DNA from: Trichoplax adhaerens
Lineage: Eukaryota > Animalia > Placozoa
NCBI RefSeq assembly: GCF_000150275.1
Contig: NW_002060943.1
Coordinates: forward strand, 4,050,008 to 4,114,007
Direction of reading: 5' to 3'
DNA length: 64,000 nt
Positions 59,649 to 64,000 of this stretch are shown piece after piece. How positions within the stretch are numbered: position 1 is the stretch's first letter; the number at the start of each line of letters is the position of its first letter. The position numbers were made by a program, and so were the translations under genes. Under the pieces are notes generated by a model. It had not been told where the DNA came from. It worked only from the letters and a program-made list of their open reading frames with translations, and searched no databases.

Positions 59649-60289
59649 TCATTAAGACATGTCGTTTTAGTGCAAGAAATGATGTTGTCGGTCGACATAA
59701 CAATGGCTGGACTACGCTTTACCAAGCCGATAGGAATCAATGAAATTGCTATTTCTCATGCAAGTAGCCATGTAGAAATATGCTTCCCAGTGAATTTTCA
59801 CGCAATATGAAATGAAAAGAATATATTCTAAGAAAGAAAGTTAGTAGCACTCACGTTGGTAAACATGGTAGGCATTATGTTGGACAAATCCAAGCAATTT
59901 TTCTCCCTTTTTGCTGGTCAAGAAATGCTCGACAATAGAGAAAGACTGGCCGTCAAATGGATGGTCGAATGTGATGGTATTATACTCTTTTCCTCTTCAT
60001 GACTAACTGGTGTGTATGATACCATTGGGCATGTAGAATGTTACAGTAGGCACCTGAATCCAGGTCTGGTACTCTGGTAGATCTAGTGTTTTACCGTGGA
60101 TCAGTGAGTGTACAGTACAGCGACAGTAGGTTATAGTCGATATTTTCTGAACTCTAAGTCTGATCATATAAAGTTTGGGTGATGAGTGGGTACTAGCTCG
60201 TCCACAACATATTCTGACACAGTATTAAGGCTACTTTGTACTGTAGCAATTCTGTCTGTCTAATGTCTGTCTGATGTAAGATGATGACT

Positions 60290-60460
60290 GAGCCTGACCT
60301 ACTGTACAGTATACTGCGTATGCGTACTGTACAGTATTGTACATACAGTACTGTCCTCGTCGATTGTGCATTCTCTGATGGTACTGTACGGTTGTACAGT
60401 ACAGTACAATGTACAGTACCACAGACTACAGTACGACACTGTACACTGTGTACTGTAAGT
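60290..60460. promoter_or_regulatory. TACAG/CTGTA block at the putative RING1 / WW-gene bidirectional promoter
   Basis: Dense TACTGTACAGTA palindromes (60300, 60325) and GTACAGTACAGTACA tracts between divergent genes. Confidence 0.55.
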
Positions 60461-60659
60461 AAAACGCTTTTTGGACTCCCAATCCAACCAGAGATTCGAT
60501 CGCCGTTCAAGCCAAAATCTTCCTAACAACCTCTTGGCTGCCATTTCGTGGACCACTACTTGGACAACTCCTGTAGAAGATTAGTGCTGATCCTCTCCTA
60601 AATAAAATTACCTCAATATTGACGATTTGCACACTTGAAATCTTATACAAACATAAATT

Positions 60660-63600
60660 ATGGGTAAGAGAAATGGCATCCAATTGAGAAGTGACATTCT
60701 TCAACCTTTCATCAATCCAACTGTAGAAAAAGATGTTGTTTTGTTATCGCTTCATGTTTAGCAAATGCTTCTTCATCTGCCCAACTTGTAGTATTCATTC
60801 GGCCACACGATCCATCATTGACTTTTGATCAAAGTAGTGATTGAAAAGTCACTTATAGACTCACCAATAGACTGTATATTCTACCCATCTGTGTATAAAC
60901 ATATCCCCAGTAATATCCATCGTCAAGCTGTAGTTGACAACAACCAAACCAATCCATATTCCTTCATATTCGGTTGTACTAGAATAGACTAACCCACTGT
61001 ATGTTTCAATTGGCGTAACCAATCGCTATCTATCGATGACGCTTGAATTGTTTGCTTTCTTCTCCATTATAGCCACCAATTTACCTTTACCCCCTGGTTG
61101 GGAGGCTAAATTCGATCGAAACACCGGAAAATAGTAAGTATTTCCATGAAAGATCATGCGCCATTGAATACGTCCAGTAATGCTCTTACTTTCCTGTGAC
61201 TCGTCTATCCAAGGATACGAGTCGTGTTACGTCACTTGTAACCCATCAATGAACTGGAGACCAATCCAACTTTCAATTTCTTGACAGCTTTTTCATAGAT
61301 CATTCAACCAAGACAACTTCATGGCAGGATCCAAGAATTGCTTATTACGGCCCTCAAGCCTACCAACAGGCAGCAATGCAATACCAAATGCAAATGCAAC
61401 AACAACAGCGACAAAGACCTCAAGTGCCATCATCTCATCCGCAGTCTCAAACTGCTCAACAGTCCTCTCAATTTCCTAGAGCAGCAGCAACACAAGCACA
61501 ACCACCAAGGCCACCAGCAACTACTCCACAGCCGCCGGCAACTACTTCACAGCCACGGGCAACTACTCCACAGCCACGGGCAACTATTCCACAGCCACCG
61601 ACAGCTGCACCACCAAAGCCCACACAACCAGCGCCGTCGACCAGTCAAACTACCTCTAGCAACACGATTGAAATGACTACATTATCATCATCGCAATCGC
61701 GGTCGACATCGGTAAGGTGTAGAAATATAGCATTAAATTATAACATAGACTAATTGAGCATCGCTACAACAGTGTTGCTTGGATAGTATACGCGTATATC
61801 CAAGTATACTTACAGTATGTTTCTCATTTACTGAATAGCACAGACACAATTTATATTGCAATAGTATCATTTCAAATTGACAAAGTCTGTACTGTATATA
61901 CGTAGGAGGATATAGTAGCTACTTGACTGTTAGCTATATAGTTGGTCGGGTACTGACATTCATTCGTACTCTTCACTTTAGGATTACAACCAGTATAGCA
62001 ACGCTATCTTACTTCGATAATTTATATACGAATTTATTGTCCTAATGTATTTACCTTTGTTATTCGCTAAAATTAATTATCAGGACAGGGGCGGGATTCT
62101 ACTGGGTGATCTATACTAAAATAATACTGCAATAATTTCAAATCGTCAAGAGTCCCTATATTGTACAGTATACTGTACGTGGCAAAGACTTAGTAGATTC
62201 CTAATTGATAGTTTATCACAGACTACTTCAATACTCTATATGCGTATTAAAATGTACTTTAATTTACCGTTGACTGTGTCATCATTGCACAAGGGACATT
62301 TTGCCAGTACAGAAATGATACTCGTATAATTTCAAATTGTCAAAGAGTCCACATTCATAGGAAAGATTAAACAGTTACCCTTAATTGATAATGATCATCT
62401 CTTGGCACCACATTTACTATGAACTTTAACATCACGACCAATTTAGCTAAATAGCACCGATATGATTATCAAAAGTCCATATTCATAGGAAAGATGAAAC
62501 AGTTACCCTTAATTGATAATGATCATCTATTGGCATCACATTTACTATGAACTTTAACATCACGACCAATTTAGCTAAATAGCACCGATATGATGGTCAA
62601 GAGTCCATATACGCAGGAAAGATAATATATGTAATTACCCTTATCATACTACTAACTTAAAAGTCGCTATGATAGCGTCATAATACTGTATGTAGACCGT
62701 AAAGATAATTCTGGCCGATGGCTGTTAATACTCAGCTTCAAATAGTTTCATCTCGTAGCTAGTTATAGCTGTGACATGTATAGCTATGACTCTATAAACT
62801 TGCAGCTTTAGAATTTCGATCAAAGCATGTAATAGCTTCTTTGCCTTTTACTTATTATTAACTAATCTTTAATGTGAAATGGAATCAGTTTTGATCTGTA
62901 GATAACAGTATTAACATGATACTTTCTCTGAAATTTTTACTTGCTCGTAAGCCTTACTTATGAATGTTGAATGTACGGCTGTATCAATTCTAGTCAAGTG
63001 TGCTATTTGTATAACCATGGTAGACATCTCACTTTAGAAGCTAGTTACTTGTTATCACTCTGTTATAGTAAACATTCTTGTGTACCTTGTCAACTGCTTA
63101 CGCAACAGTTTATTAAAAGTTATAATTAAGAATATATTAATTACATATTATTTATTCATAGGTTACTCCTCAACATGAGAGTACGCTTCATGGGTCAAGG
63201 GAGACTGTTGCTACGTTGTCAGATGATGATAAAGCACGAAGTTAGGATTATTCTGATATGTATAATAATACTTTAGTATTTGAAAAGGAAACATAATCTC
63301 GATATCAATTTTCTTAGTTACAAGATTGATGAAAAGTGAATTTAAGGACGTTGACGAAAATGTCGTTGTCACCGTTCTAAACAGCGTACGTCAGATTTAT
63401 TCTTCTATACGCTTTAGATAGCATTTCTTTGCCGTAAAATTAAATTTAGATCTATTTTTTATACTACTCTTGAACACAACTGCGTTGGTAAATTAATGGT
63501 GGGATAACAGGCCAACTTTAATGAACAGGATACTAGATTTGTTTTAAAAGAGCAACAAGGTTAGTCTATATTTTATATTTTCCTAAAATTGAAACCATGA

Positions 63601-63948
63601 AATTAATATCTACGAAAGTATGCGTATAGTGTAATGACAATGCAAAATCAATCGATATCCATGAAACTGATGCTATTGCTATTTTTCAAATTAATCAGAC
63701 GAGGCGCGTAAAGAAAGAAAGAGGTGATATATCATTCCAGAGACGATACAATTTCATTTATCATGTTAAATGCAGTCGTATTATCGTGATATATACCATA
63801 AATATGACGAAATTTTACAGAAAAGAGGAGGAACAACGTTTACGAAAAGAAAGAGAACAACGTGCTAAGAGAGAAGCAGAAGAGAAATTGCGCAAGGAAA
63901 AAGAAGAACGTGCTCGTAAACAAAAGGAAGATGCACGACGAACAGAAC
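60660..63948 (+). CDS. WW-domain, Pro/Gln/Thr-rich, CUE-like and coiled-coil protein (3' end outside window)
   Basis: ATG G|GTAAG at 60660, then ATNLPLPPGWEAKFDRNTGKY|FFIDHSTKTTSWQDPR (WW), Q-rich and PQPPATT repeats (ORF 61376), LMKSEFKDVDENVVVTVLNS|ANFNEQDTRFVL (CUE/UBA-like), then an E/K/R-rich helix (EEEQRLRKEREQRAKREAEEKLRKEKEE). Confidence 0.8.
61504..61612 (+). repeat. Coding 21 bp (7 aa) repeat x ~5
   Basis: PRPPATT/PQPPATT/SQPRATT/PQPRATI/PQPPTAA encoded by CCACAGCCACGGGCAACTACT-like units. Confidence 0.85.
62346..62625. repeat. Tandem repeat, 128 bp x ~2.2, in WW-gene intron
   Basis: AGTCCAYATTCATAGGAAAGATKAAACAGTTACCCTTAATTGATAATG at 62346 and 62474, partial at 62602; diverged relative at ~62132-62210. 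Confidence 0.9.
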
Positions 63949-64000
63949 GTATGTAAAGTAACTTGTACTTGTTTGTATCATCTTAACAATCTATTTGACT

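Noticed and set aside
60193-60556. Overlapping ORFs near 60.3 kb
   Set aside because: Satellite-derived, as at 17 kb.

Overview
AT-rich, compact, intron-dense eukaryotic DNA with short GT-AG introns and clearly animal-type proteins. It most resembles a placozoan such as Trichoplax (inference from composition and gene structure, not a database result). Manual exon stitching supports eight multi-exon genes: KIAA2013/DUF2152 (-), CPSF3 (+), SH3YL1 (-), JMJD6 (+), an ankyrin-repeat MAP3K19/YSK4 kinase (+), an N-acylated divergent adenylate-kinase-like gene (+), RING1/RNF2 (-) and a WW-CUE-coiled-coil gene (+, runs off the right end). No prokaryotic features, CRISPR arrays, tRNA/rRNA or autonomous transposons were seen. 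The most striking non-coding signal is architectural. Each head-to-head junction (~7.3, ~17, ~41, ~60.4 kb) carries a block of self-complementary TACAG/CTGTA pentamer repeats. The 41 kb block sits inside a ~335 bp fold-back element. The long 5'-proximal introns next to these promoters each carry their own unrelated 100-220 bp tandem duplication. The one tandem-oriented promoter (MAP3K19) lacks the block and has an RFX X-box instead. Exon boundaries were read by eye and may be off by a few bases.
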